Of a stretch of DNA of 64,000 bases, positions 42,465 through 55,823 are shown one piece after another (the first letter of the stretch is position 1; each line of letters begins with the position of its first letter). A program made the translations under genes and the position numbers. Under the pieces are notes generated by a model, which searched no databases, was not told where the DNA came from, and saw only the letters and a list, made by a program, of their open reading frames with translations. This stretch comes from Octopus sinensis (Eukaryota). The stretch is taken from assembly GCF_006345805.1 (NCBI RefSeq), contig NC_043012.1, positions 52,824,001 through 52,888,000 on the forward strand. The letters run 5' to 3'.

Positions 42465-42799
42465 ACCCCCTTCGGTCACGACACAGACCATGGGATTGCA
42501 CCTAGAAAGTTACCCTCCCAAGTACAAGACCTGGATAAGTTGTTTATGGAAGACCAGCAGTCACCCATGCATACTGGTCTCCCCTCTCCACGCCACCAGT
42601 GTTATCCAAGGGAAAGGCAAAGGCTGATACAGCTTGGCACCAGTGACGTCGCAACTCATTTCTACAGCTGAGTTAACTGGAGCAACATGAAATAAAGTGT
42701 CTTGCTCAAGAACACAACACACAGCCCGGTCTGGGATTCGAACTTACACTCTCATGATTGTAAGCTCAACGCTCTAACCACTGAGCCATGTGCCTTCAC
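42465..42799 (-). mobile_element. SINE family D head/body with a different tail from 28030-28352
   Basis: Head gtgaaggcacatggctcagtggttagagcgttgagcttacaatcatgagagtgtaagttcgaatccc; tail ends gtcgtgaccgaagggggtctc. Confidence 0.8.
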
Positions 42800-43206
42800 T
42801 ATTCAACAATATCTACTGTACATTTATTATATAACATTTTTATGTTCCATTTTCCATAATCATCTGAAGATTGGAAAAGGAAAATCTTAGAAAAATGATT
42901 CATTAATTTTCAACTTCGAAAAAATTACACACACACACACATTGCCCTTGTTCTCATTTTTATATTTGGTCCATTTTTTCCAGACTAGCATGGATTAAAT
43001 GAGACTTGTTGAAGTAATATTCTTTGACTGGACACCTTTCATATTAACCAGTCCATAATTATTTTAAGGTACTCTTCTCCAGTTCTTTTGAATGATGAAC
43101 CACTCAGGGGTTGGATATGTTTTTGTAACAGATATAAGCAATGATATGACCTACATAGAACATAAACAATTTCAAGACACAAAGAGGAAGACCAAAAAAA
43201 AAAACA

Positions 43207-43991
43207 TAGGTAAAGGAGTGTCTGTGTGGTAAGTAGCTTGCTTACCAGCCACATGGTTCTGGGTTCAGTCCCACTGTGTGGCATCTTGGGCAAGTGTCTT
43301 CTAGTATAGCCTCGGGACGACCAAAGCCTTCTGAGTGGATTTGGTAGATGGGAACTGAAAGAAGCCCGTCGTATATATGTATATATGTGTGCGTGTGTGT
43401 CTGTGTGTATGTTTGTGTGTTTACGTCCCCGTAACTTAGTGGTTTGGCAAAACAGTTCGATAGAATAAGTACTAGGCTTACAAAGAATAAGTCCTGGGGT
43501 CGATTTGCTCGACTAAAGGTGGTGCTCCAGCATGGCCATAGTCAAATGACTGAAACAAGTAAAAGACTAAAAGAGTAAAGAGAGAGTGGGAGTGGCTGTG
43601 TGGTAAGTAGTTTGCTTACAAACCAAGTGGTTCTAGGTTCAGTCCCACTGCATGGCACCTTGGGCAAGTGTCTTCTACTAACCTTGGGCCAACCAAAGCC
43701 TTGTGAGTGGATTTGGTAGACGGAAACTGAAAGAAGCCTGTCATATATATGTATATTTATATAAATATGTGTGTGTATATGTGTGTGTTTGTTCCCCCCC
43801 TCCCAACATTGCTTGACAACCGATACTGGTGTGTTTATGTACCCGTAACTTAGCGTTTCTGCAAATGAGACCGATAGAATAAGTACTAGGCTTACAAAGA
43901 ATAAGTCCTGGGGTTGATTTGCGCGACTAAAGGTGGTGCTCCAGCATGGCCACAGTCAAATGACTGAAACAAGTAAGAGAGTAAGAGTAAA
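43207..43991 (+). mobile_element. Two tandem full-length SINE A copies (43207-43580; 43587-43991)
   Basis: Head-to-tail; all segments present. Confidence 0.9.
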
Positions 43992-45434
43992 AACGTATAC
44001 AGACAGTCTCAGCCATAGATAATCAGGCATAGAAAAGTGACTGTTAAATACATGACCATGATGATGGGGATGATAACCACCCACAGTTACCATTTAGCAT
44101 TTTCACTCCCAAAGCACCTTAACAGCAAATGACGAGTACAGCCAACTGTCAGATTGGCCAGCATTTATGAGACAAAGTGAACTTGTTAGTCAGAGCTGGC
44201 TCAATCCCACCTGGGAAAATGGCACTACAAGTAAGTACAAGGTGACCTGTGTCTAGAGTAAAAGGCATCTGCCCATTGACTGACACTGGGAATGAATCTG
44301 AGATAACTACATGGTTGTAAAGTGAACTTTATAACACCACCACTGTACAACATTGGCCAAAATTCATCAATCACTAACACATTATTCAATGCTAAAGTCT
44401 TATTGTATTAATAAGAAATTATAGTGCATCCATCAATCAAAAGGTAACATGCACTTTTAGGTAACAATTTACATGTATCTGATATGAATATAATGTTCTG
44501 ATATATTGGTTTTAAATTCTGGCACAAGGTCAGCAATTTCGGGAAAAGTGTATGCAAGTCAATTACATTGACCCTAGTGCTCAACTGGTACTTATGTTAT
44601 TAACCCTGAAAGGCTAAAGGGCAAAGTTATCCTTGGCAGAATTTGAACTCAGAATGCAAAGACAGACGAAATGTTGCTATGCATTCTGCCCAGTATGATA
44701 ACATTTCTACCAGCTTGCCGCCTTATAAAATTTCTGCTATATTATTCTACAGATTGTTTGCATTTGGGAAAATTGATGGGTTGAATGGCAACAATCAAAC
44801 AATGATTAGTCATCGCAATTTTAATGTCCCCTTTTCCATGCTTGTTTGTATAGTTCAGACAGGTTGAGCGGGTTTTCTACAACTGGATGTCCATCCTGTC
44901 ACCAATTCTTTTCTGTTTTGAAACAAGATAATATTACTCCTAGACCAGATATGTTCATCTCATGGAATACTAGAAATGAATAACATCACTTGTATGATGA
45001 TGATGCTACTGAAGTCCAAGTCATTTCTCAGTGTGTGTTGCAGCTTCTTTAGACAGATGCTCACATGTGTGTCATGTGGCTTGCTCTCTAAGGATGTCTG
45101 ACTGATTGGCAACTACTTCACAGAGTGTACTGCATGCATTATCATGCTGCATCAACACTAGACAAGTTGCACAGTCCTTGGCTAAACAGGACTAAAAGGA
45201 CTTCCCAACTCTACTATTCCTACAGTTTCTGCCTACCATATTCACTTTCACGAAATTGGCTGGCACAAGGCTTTAGTATAAAACACTCATTCTAAGAACC
45301 AAACCCAAAATGCATTCATTGGTAAAGCGAAATACTTAACCAGATATCCTGCATACATGCACACAAACACACATATAGATTAAAACCACACACACGCATA
45401 CATTGTGACACCATGATAGATCGTTAGCTCCTAC

Positions 45435-45597
45435 ATGCATTTTTTCTCTCCTTGTTTTTTTCTGTGTATCTTTCTGTCGAAGAGCATAGGCTCAAAACGT
45501 AAAAGACTTTTTCTATTCCTGAGCACTATACTAATACATTTGTTTGTTTGTACTCCACCTGCCTTCGTCTTTTGTTTATTTTCGTAAACTTTCCCTT
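45435..45597 (+). mobile_element. Short Penelope pseudo-LTR-type element (copy of the 23660-23835 family)
   Basis: atgcattttttctctccttgtttttttctgtgtatctttctgtcgaagagcataggctcaaaacgtaaaagact...gtaaactttcc. Confidence 0.65.
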
Positions 45598-45940
45598 AAT
45601 ATATTGGCCTACTCGCTTAGCCAGCGAAGTGGCATCATTTGAAGACTAAAACAATGCAAAGTGCATTGTGACCAGCGATGTGTAGCAACATCTGATAGCC
45701 TGGTCCGTCACGGTGATATATATATATATATATATGAGTAAAAAGCACCCACTACACTCACGGAGTGGTTGGCGTTAGGAAGGGCATCCAGCTGTAGAAA
45801 CCCTGCCAGATCAGACTGGAGCCTGGTGTAGCCTCCTGGCTTCCCAGACCCTGGTCGAACCGTCCAACCCATGCTAGCATGGAAAACGGACGTTAAATGA
45901 TGATGATGATGATGATGAATACATATATACGTGTATTTTG

Positions 45941-46036
45941 AGAGAGCACATCAATAGCAAGGTCATCGGCGAGAAGTCCGGCATGAGGGATGTCATCGTA
46001 GAATATAGACGCAGCAAGTTTGGATGGGCTGGACTC
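45941..46036 (+). pseudogene. RTE-clade LINE ORF2 C-terminal fragment
   Basis: Translates REHINSKVIGEKSGMRDVIVEYRRSKFGWAGL, resembling the IR.RS...D........K.RWAGH motif after RTE reverse transcriptases; follows a family C copy at ~45735-45917. Confidence 0.6.
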
Positions 46037-46323
46037 CACAGACACGTGTACCCTTAATGTAGTTCTCTGGGATATTCAGCATGACTTAGAGTGTGACAAG
46101 GCTGGCTCTTTGAATTACAGACACAACAGAAACAGGAAGTAAGAGTGAGAGGAAGTTGTGGTGAAAGAGTACAGCAGAGTTCGCCACCATCCCCTGCCGG
46201 AGTCTCGTGGAGCTTTAGATGTTTTCACTCAATAAAAACTCACAACGTCCGGTCTGGGAATCGAAATCGTGATCCTATTACCACGAGATCACTGACCTAA
46301 CCACTGGGCCATTGCGCCTCCAC
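46037..46323 (-). mobile_element. tRNA-headed SINE with a distinct head/body but the same tail as 28030-28352
   Basis: Head gtggaggcgcaatggcccagtggttagg...ttcgattcccag; tail tccacagacacgtgtacccttaatgtagtt...gagtgtgacaaggctggc shared. Confidence 0.75.
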
Positions 46324-46329
<6 letters not shown>

Positions 46330-46391
<62 letters not shown>

Positions 46392-46617
46392 TTACAGGAC
46401 ATAACAAAATATAAACAACATAAAATATGAAGACAAACTTGGGTATGCAAACAATGAGAGAAACAAATGGATAGCTGACAACTGATGAAGGGTCGTTCTT
46501 TATGTTACTTGTTTTGTTTTCCATTTGTTTCTCTCATTGTTCGCATACCCAAGTTTGTCTTTGTATTTCATGTTGTTTACGTTTTGTGATGTCCTGTACC
46601 CATATATGCACACACAC

Positions 46618-46649
<32 letters not shown>

Positions 46650-46665
46650 ATATATATTATATGTG

Positions 46666-46702
<37 letters not shown>

Positions 46703-46816
46703 ATATATATATGTGTGTATATAAATATATATATATATATATATGTTTGTATATATGTATATGTGTATATATATAATATATATATATATATGTGTGTGTA
46801 TATATATATATGTGTG

Positions 46817-46849
<33 letters not shown>

Positions 46850-47151
46850 GTGTATATATATATATATGTGTATATATATGTGTATATACATATATATGTA
46901 TATATGCATATATGTATGTATATATGCATATATGTATGTATATATGCATATATGTATGTATATATGCATATATGTATGTATATATGCATATATGTATGTA
47001 TATATGCATATATGTATGTATATATGTATGTATATATGCATATATATGTATGTATATATGCATATATATGTATGAATATATGCATATATTTGTATGAATA
47101 TATGCATATATATGTATGAATATATGCATGTATATGTATGAATATATGCAC

Positions 47152-47185
<34 letters not shown>

Positions 47186-47190
47186 TTAGT
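46330..47190. repeat. (TA)n fields and a 20-bp minisatellite (tatatgcatatatgtatgta)n at ~46895-47150
   Basis: Directly visible; explains the long YI/HI ORFs. Confidence 0.9.
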
Positions 47191-47974
47191 TTATATTATT
47201 ATATGATTGAACGCCATGCATCCATTCCCAAGTAAGTCTATCTATCCATCTATCTATCTATTTATATATATATATCGTGAAACATTCCATTATAGTAGAG
47301 TCAACAATAAAATTTACAGAGAGGAGGAAATAACAAAACATGACAATATTCCCAGTAATCCTCTCCCAAGAATATTAAATAATAATAATAATAATAACAA
47401 TAATAAATAATAACTAATAATAATAATAGTAATAATAATAATAATAATTTCTTTTATTTCCTACAAGGGCAGTTGATGAGAAGATCTTTAAAGAATAAAT
47501 TACTTGTACACACACACACACACACAAAGAACGAAATGAAAATAAATATGGGTTTTCATGAAATTTTGTGAAAAGAAGTGAGCATAGAAAACAAACACCT
47601 AACGACAACAACAACAACAATAATAATAAGGTAAAGTTTGGTTCCAAAAGACTCTAGTATGAAATCTAGTGACTAAGATCTCCGAAATACAAAGGGAAAT
47701 ATATTCCAAGAGGATAGGATTCCTACAGTATTACTCATTCAATACTATGCCCATCCCCTATCTAAACAAGAGAAGAAGCAGGGGATTCTTACTGTGGATA
47801 TTTGATCAACAAATCAATCATCTTTTTCCATGTGAGACAACCTATTAGCTGTTCCCAGAAAATGAAAATGGTAATATCTGGTGAAGAGCTGCCAACAACT
47901 TTGACACACTTTGGTAATGATGTTGGTGAGGAATAAACACTGATAAATTCTCATTAGATCCATGTTTGGTATTC

Positions 47975-48670
47975 TTGTTTACATAGATATTGGGTGATGG
48001 AAGTCCCATTTTGATTTCGATACACAAGTCATTCAATTAACTGGACAATCTGTTCACTGGATTACCATGTGAGATGGTTAAGTATCCACAGATATATCAT
48101 ACTCATATTTGATATCCATGTTTACACAGATATTAGATGGAGGTCTTGTTTTGATTTTGATATACAACCATTTAGTTGTTCAATTACCTGGACAATCTAC
48201 TTATTGGAATTACCATGTGAGATGGCTGAGTATTCCAAAGACATAGCATCCTTATATTTGATACCCATGTTTACACAGATATTAGACGGAGGTCTCGTTC
48301 TGATTTTGATATACAACCATTTAGTTGTTCAATTACCTGGACAATCTACTTATTGGAATTACCATGTGAGATGACTGAGTATTCCAAAGGCATATCATAC
48401 CTATATTTGATATCCATGTTTACATAGATATTGGGTGATGGAAGTCTAATTTTGATTTCAGTACACAAGCATTTAGTCATTCCTGTTAACTGAACAATCT
48501 TACTCGTATAAACATGTGAAGTGGCTGAGTAACCCATGTTTGATATCCATGTTTACATAAATGTTAGGTGATGGAAATCTTATTTTGATACAGGAGTTAG
48601 TCGTTCAACTAACTGGACAATCTACTCTTTGAATTACGATTTGAAGTGGCTGAATATTCCAAAGAGACAT
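47975..48670. repeat. Tandem satellite, ~149-bp unit, ~5 copies
   Basis: tttgatatccatgtttac-type anchor at about 48108, 48257, 48406, 48539 (spacings 149, 149, 133) plus a partial first unit. Confidence 0.9.
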
Positions 48671-48671
48671 T

Positions 48672-49430
48672 CATCATCATCATCGTTTAACGTCCATTCT
48701 CCATGCTAGCATGGGTTGGATGGTTCGACCGGGATCTGGGAAGTCAGAAGGCTGCACCAGGCTCCAGTCTGATCTGGCAGTGTTTCTACAGCTGGATACC
48801 CTTCCTAACGCCAACCATTCCGTGAATGTAGTGGGTGCTTTTTACGTGCCACCGGCACGGAAGTCAGTCGGCCACGTTCGGACGGTGCTTTTTATGTGCC
48901 ATCGGCACAGGGATCACAACTACAATTTCCATTGACTTTTGATCCTTAATATAATTTTCAAGTAGAATAAGCAAGACACATAGGTGAGGAGGCTGGACTT
49001 TTGAATTACAGATTCAGTTTATCCATTGGACAAAGCAAATTTCTTAACCCCTCAACTATTGAGATAACAATGAAGTGATTGTCATAATTGTTGCTAGCTA
49101 GTTGTATTATAAGATCAGACCCAGACTATATTATCCATTACATTCAAATTTCTTAATAATAATAATAATAATAATAATAATATTAATAATAATAATAATG
49201 ATTTGAGCATGGCCGTTGCCAATACCACCTGACTGGCCCTCGTGCCGGTGGGATGTAAAAGCACCCACTACACTCACAGAGTGGTTGGCGTTAGGAAGGG
49301 CATCCAGCTGTAGAAACAGTGCCAGATCAAGATTGGAGCCTGGTGCAGCCATCTGGTTCGCCAGTCCTCAGTCAAATTGTCCAACCCATGCTAGCATGGA
49401 AAGTGGACGTTAAACGATGATGATGATGAT
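48672..49430. mobile_element. Two family C copies in opposite orientation (minus ~48672-48935; plus ~49205-49430)
   Basis: Standard family C blocks. Confidence 0.8.
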
Positions 49431-49431
49431 A

Positions 49432-50238
49432 ATGGTTTCAAATTTTTGGCACAAGGCCAGCAAGTTCAAGGAAGAGGGCTAGTCGATTACATAAACTCCA
49501 GTTCTCAACTGGCACTTATTTTATTAGCCCCCACAAGAGGATGAAGACCAAAGGTCAACCTCGGCGAAATTTGAACTCAGAACGTAATGACAAACGAAAT
49601 GCAGCTAAATAGTTTACCCATGCTAACGATTCTGCCAGTACGGCGCCTTAATAATAATAGTGGTGGTGGTGGTGGTGGTAGTAGTAGTAAAAATAATAAT
49701 AATAATAACAGATTCTCCATGTTGAAGACAATGTATGAGTGTTCAGTTTTTGCTAAATGACCTGCACAAATGAATTGTTTATAGCGATCAAATATATTCG
49801 TGCCACATATTAGCTCATTCTCTCCATCAAATCAACATTGCCTGAACAGGTGCATGGTGTACCATGCGTCAGGTGTCAAAATGATCACAGGGCAACATGA
49901 AGTGAAGAACACAATGCACCATCTGGTCTAGGAATTGAAACCATGACCTCGCAATTATGAGTGTAACACCCTAACAACCAAGCCATACTAACTGGTTTCA
50001 AATTTTGGTGCAACACAAGTAATTTCAAGAGAAGGGGGCCAATCGATTATATTGGCCCCAATACTCAATTGGTACTTATCTTATTGACCCCCAAAGAGAC
50101 ATAAAAAAAAACAACAATGCAAATTTGAACTCAGAACATACAGATATCAAAATATTGATAAGCATTTTGCTTGATGTGCTAAAAATTCTGTCAGCTTGCT
50201 GCCTTAATACTACTACTACTACTACTACTACTACTAAC

Positions 50239-50298
<60 letters not shown>

Positions 50299-51501
50299 CC
50301 CTTCTATTGGAAGCATAAGACCTCAAATTTGGGGGAAGGGATTAAGTCAATTACATTAACCCCAGTCATAACTGGTACTTATTTAAGCAACCCTAAAAGT
50401 ATGAAATTCGACCCCAGCAGAATTTGAACTCAGAACATAGCAGCAGAGAAAATATCGCTGAGCATTTTGCCTGGCATGCTAATGATTCTGCCAGATTGCT
50501 GCCCTCACTAATAATAATAATAACAATAATAATAATAATAAACTGGTTGAGCATTTCCTTCAGTGGCTGATGATATGTGCATCTCTAATCATGAGCAGAA
50601 GTAGTGGGGGAGCATCATAGCCATGTGTTGAGAGAAACTCTTTGGGGTTTGGATAATTCACCTCTGGAAACACGGGTGTTTCGTTCAACATTCTTAAACA
50701 ACCCTTATTCAGCAACCTCTTGAGCGGGACGGGCTGCTTGACCTGAAGAAAATTCTAACTGCAAGGTTATGCACTGTTAATCTTTATATGAGATCATTAT
50801 GTCGCACACATATGGTCATGATGCATGGGCTTGGTGTACCCTTATCAAACAGGTTGCCATGATGGGTATAGTGGGCTTCATATATTTTACCCGAGTGTTA
50901 TGTTGATGGCATGCACTGCTCTCTCAATAATAATAATAATAATGATTTAATTCTGGTCTTATTGGCCACAACGACTAATATAAATCCAAACATATAAGGA
51001 CAAACACAGGACAATAAAAACAAAGGGTTTTGCAAAATAATAATAATCTTTTTATAAGCACAGGGCCTGAAATTTTGAAGAAGGTGTAGAGCTAGACGAT
51101 TACATCAACCCCAGTACTCAAATGGTACCTATTTTATAGATGAAGGGTTAGGATAACTTTAGCAGGGTTTGAAATCCGAAGGCAAAGAACCAGAACAATT
51201 AACATTAGGTATTTTGTCCAATGCTTTAAAACCTTCTGTAATTCCTCTGGCCAATAATAATAATAATAATAATGATAAGGGTATCGAATTTTGGCATAAG
51301 GCCAGCAATTTTAGTGGTATTGATTACATCAACACCGGTGTTCAACTGGTACTTGTTTTATCAGTCCGAAAGGATAAATGTCAAAGTTGCCCTTGGCAAA
51401 ATTTGAACTCGGGACATAGAGAGCTGAAAGAAATACTGCTAAGCATTCTGGCCGGCACATTAACAATTCTGCTTGGTGCCTTAACAACACTAATAATGAT
51501 G

Positions 51502-51543
<42 letters not shown>

Positions 51544-51573
51544 GTAATAATAATGATAATAATAATGATGATG

Positions 51574-51625
<52 letters not shown>

Positions 51626-51830
51626 TAGTAATAATAAGGATAATAAAGATGATAATGATGATAATAATAATAATAATAATGATAATAATAATGATAATAA
51701 TAATAATAATAATCATAATAATAATAATGAAGACAGCATGTGGAAAAAATAGCAAAATGAAAATGGTAAAAATGATGAGGAAGAGGAGGAGAAGGAGGAA
51801 TAAGAATAAAGGAGGAAAGTGAATTAGATA
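49432..51830 (-). mobile_element. Chain of five minus-strand SINE B (variant 2) copies embedded in (AAT)n tracts, plus an unrelated (AAT)n-tailed repeat at ~50545-50945
   Basis: Copies near 49432-49650, 49992-50205, 50298-50505, 51045-51250, 51278-51482; long (ATA)n at 51490-51730. Confidence 0.8.
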
Positions 51831-52647
51831 GACAGTGACTGAGAGAAAGAGTGGAGTGAGAGAAAGAGAGAAAGAGAGAGACAGAGAGAAAGAGAGAGAA
51901 ATAGACAGGCAGATAAAGAGATGGGCAGAGAGAAAAGCAGATTTAATAGCCCAGACTCTTTCTAGCCATGCTGAACAGCAATATTCAGATCATGACCCTT
52001 CGTCGCATGACATTCTACGTTTTTACATTAGAAAAATAGTACTTTGTAATTTCATGTTAATAACTGACGAGATCAAGCAGGAACTATACAGAGACAGCTG
52101 GCTTTACTCGCTTTCTTCAGAGGAACACAGTGTGTTCCGTTGGCTGAGAAGAAAGTGGCAAGACAGACAAGACACTGGGAACCGAACAAAGCAGTACGTT
52201 TCAAACAGAACAACCACATTCCAGCAATTAGAGAATTTACAATTCGAACATCAGTATATATAATTAGAAATAATTTATCTCACAAACAACGCTGGCAATT
52301 TAGTACAATTACAAAGGAAGGAACGGGGCAGGATGTGATGTGGGAGACACCTTGGAAAAATGTCAGTCATTAGATATAACTAGGATCTTCAGTGGACAGT
52401 CTCCAAGAAGGGAGAAAGGAAAATGGTCAGAAAGAGATGGGGGAGGTGTTGGTGGTGGTGATGGTGGTGGGGAGGATGCCCTACATAACTATCACTGGAC
52501 TGAAAAATTATTAGAAAGTTCTGTTAATAATAATAGTAAAAAGAATATACATATATATGAATGTATATCAGAATATATATTCTTATATATATGTATGTAA
52601 AAGAATATACATACATATATATATGTATGTATATATATATATGTATG

Positions 52648-52692
<45 letters not shown>

Positions 52693-54714
52693 TACATATA
52701 TAAAACGAATACGTATATAATGAAGACATAAGAATATATATATATAAAGTTATTCGCCAACTCTTTAATAAGCCTTATTCCCAGCTGGCGATAATAAAAC
52801 AGTGAGTAAGATTTGTAATGTTCGTCAAATTATTGGTCTTTTTCTGGGGCAAAGATTGATTTTTTTTTTGTTTTGTTTCACACTTTATTATATTTATTTA
52901 CCGTTTTGTATTTTGTTTTTAATAATAAAACAACAGAGCTAAAGGTATTTGCAATAACAGATATTAGTGGAGAAGAGTTGATAAGTTTATTTCCCATCCC
53001 ATTGTCAGATGATGCCAATGAAAATATAAATTACTAGTATTAGTGTTGTTGTTGTTGTTGTTGTTGTGGCTGCTGTTGTTGTTAAAGCAGTGAGCTGGAA
53101 GAATCATTAGCACGAAAGGCAAAATGCGTAGCAGTTTTTTCTGGCTTTGCCCTGAGTTCAAATTCCACTGATGTTGATTTTGCCTTTCATCCTTGGTTAC
53201 TAAAAGAAGTACCATTTCAGCATCATCATCATCAGCAGCAGCGTTTAACATCCACTTTTCATGCTGGCATGGGTTAGATAGTTTGACTGGAACTCACAAC
53301 AACATATAGGGTTATACCAAGTTCCAGTCTGATTTGGCATGGCGTCTATGGCTGGATGCCCTTCGTAATGCCAACCACTCATGTAAATATGTGTGTGTGC
53401 TCTTCGCGCTCTACTAGCACGGATGCCAGTCATCGAATTTGATTTCGATGTATGTATGTATGTATGTAAATCATGTTAAGCTTAAAAGTGATGCACATTA
53501 CCCACATAAGTTCTACCACAAATAAGACCAAATCTGAGTCGAGTCGAATAATAATATCACTGCACATGCCGCAGAAAATGTCATTATATCTCATACTCTA
53601 GTAAATATAAGAATCAAATAGCCAAAGCCCTCATAGTTGCTCCAAATGCAAGGCCTTGCAATCATTGGGGGATACATGTGTCCTTATCATCATCATGGTG
53701 ATCATTGTCATTTAGCATCTATTTTCCATACTGGCATGAGTTAGACAGTTTGACTGGAACAGGTAAGCTGGAGGGCTGAATCAGGCTCCTGTCTGATTTG
53801 GCTTCATGCCCTTCCTGACGTTAATCACTGTGAGAGTGTAGTGGGTGCCTTTTACATGTCACCAACACTAGCCATGACTATGATTTCATTTGGCTTGACA
53901 TGACTTCTCAAGCACAGCAACTTGCCAGACTGACCTTGTTTTCAAAACCAGAAAATGCCTCATCCTTCAAACAGCTAAAAAACCTCTACAAAACATAAGT
54001 GATACCCATATCTAAAAACCTACTCAACTAATTAGCGTCACATCATCCATTCCAGACTCTGATCCACAAACAGTGTCTCTTCTCTGTGCTTTTTCTGCCA
54101 CAACTAAGATGTCCTCAGCTCCCTTTCTTAGGAATCTTGACTCACTTATTTCTTTTCCTTTCACCACCCATGTTGTATCCACCCTCAGCCCCAACTTTTG
54201 TGCTCATTCCTTCTTCCCAAGGCTATCATCCTTCTAAAAATCCTACCCAGAACATGTCATTATTGAAACTGTTGAACAGCAACATTTATGTAACAAAAGA
54301 TAACAGCACGAATCTCATTGATTAATGAGGTCAAGCAGAAAACATCGGTACTGCTCATTGCTCCTGACTTAACATGAATTGGATGGAATTTGTTGAGGCA
54401 GACTGTCTTCAGCCAGATGCTCTTCTGGACACCAAACCTGACCCATTTCGTGAAGAGGAATAAGCAGCATCACTTGTTTGTTGGTAGGGCTCATTTACAG
54501 CCATCATCTCATGTCAAGACAAGAATATACATACACAAACACACACATACATTCATAGACATATGCATTAATGGTTTTTATTTTTTTGTTTGTTCAGTTA
54601 TAATAAAAACAATGTTACATTAATCTGATGGGCAGTCTGTTGAAGGCTTAGCTGGCCAAAACTTTGAAGACATGTTTAAGAATAATAAACAAATAAATAT
54701 GTATGAGTGTGTCT

Positions 54715-54745
<31 letters not shown>

Positions 54746-55358
54746 GTGCATAAAAGGCATCTTCCACTTTTCATCTACTGAATCCATTCGCAGGGCTTTA
54801 GCAGATCTAGGACTATAGAGGAAGATGCTTGCCAAAGTTGCTGCACATTGAGATTGAACCCAGAGCACACAGTTATGATGCAAGCTTCTTAACCGCAGAG
54901 CGATGCCTATGCCTTGATACAGTTAATTATTAGATATGATATTATAAACAGAGTATATTGACTTGAACTTACTGAAGTCAATATACATTATATATATGCT
55001 ATTTATTGCTACACTTCACGACTGATACTACATATAAGAAATATGATAAATGGCTTATATCAAATAGTATTTAGTAAGTGTTCTTTTATGACAGACCAGA
55101 AACAAGTAGAGCAACAAAGTTCCAAGAGATTTACATATAAATCTACGATAAAACCATTCATATAACAAATCCACACATTCAGCAAAAATCTACCAAGAGA
55201 AATGCATTCTGTAACAGAATATAAATACCCAATCAACAACACAATTATTGAATGATCTTGTATGGTTGGAAAACAATTGATCTTCTGGATATTCTATGAT
55301 TAATGTTGTATGATTGAAACCTCAGTGTATCTTGGATGTAGTGAACAGTTAATCTTAC

Positions 55359-55484
55359 CATAGTTCTCTGTGAGGTCTTCTGTAAATGAGACTGTACGTA
55401 CGGAGTAAATACATCAAGATCAAAAGGATCGATGTATTCTTCGAGTTGATCCATTATTTTCTTGATCCGATTCTTCACGTTCAC
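55359..55484 (-). CDS. COG1: COG1 internal exon (VNVKNRIKKIMDQLEEYIDPFDLDVFTPYVQSHLQKTSQRTM)
   Basis: Contains the IDPFDLDVFTP motif characteristic of COG1/Vps51-family C-termini; ttttcag acceptor, gtaag donor, phase 0/0, 126 nt. Confidence 0.9.
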
Positions 55485-55789
55485 CTGAAAAGAAACAGAT
55501 ATGAAGTTACAGAATTATACATTTACTTTGGCGCATTCGCCAGCACAAACATTAAACATTAAATGAATCAAAATGCAACAAAATCTGATGAATTATTCTA
55601 TATTACACGTACATACATACATATTGGAAGCTGATTATTTGATATAGTTAACCAAGTTCACTTAACACTGAGTGTTTTCTAGATACCTGCCTGGATCTAT
55701 TTATCCCTTTTACCTCTTGTTTCATATATTTAGATATATGTATGTGCATATAGCTACCCGCCTATCTGTCTAGCTATTTATCTATCTGT

Positions 55790-55822
<33 letters not shown>

Positions 55823-55823
<1 letters not shown>

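Noticed and set aside
42700-42799. tRNA-like sequences with A/B boxes (also 28270-28352, 36711-36790, 46250-46323)
   Set aside because: Acceptor and anticodon stems do not pair and each runs into a repeat body; these are SINE heads, not tRNA genes.
47787-47945. Minus-strand exon-like segment ending at a gtaag donor
   Set aside because: Weak acceptor adjoining the satellite, no protein similarity, phase incompatible with the upstream COG1 exon.
47975-48670. CRISPR-like periodicity
   Set aside because: Whole units are repeated with no unique spacers, the context is eukaryotic and there are no cas genes.
51169-51822. 217-aa and 124-aa poly-Ile/Met ORFs
   Set aside because: Products of (ATA)n/(ATG)n tracts and SINE B sequence.
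51835-52373. Plus-strand ORFs of 142 and 77 aa
   Set aside because: Begin in (GA)n; the unique part shows no recognisable domain or splice support.
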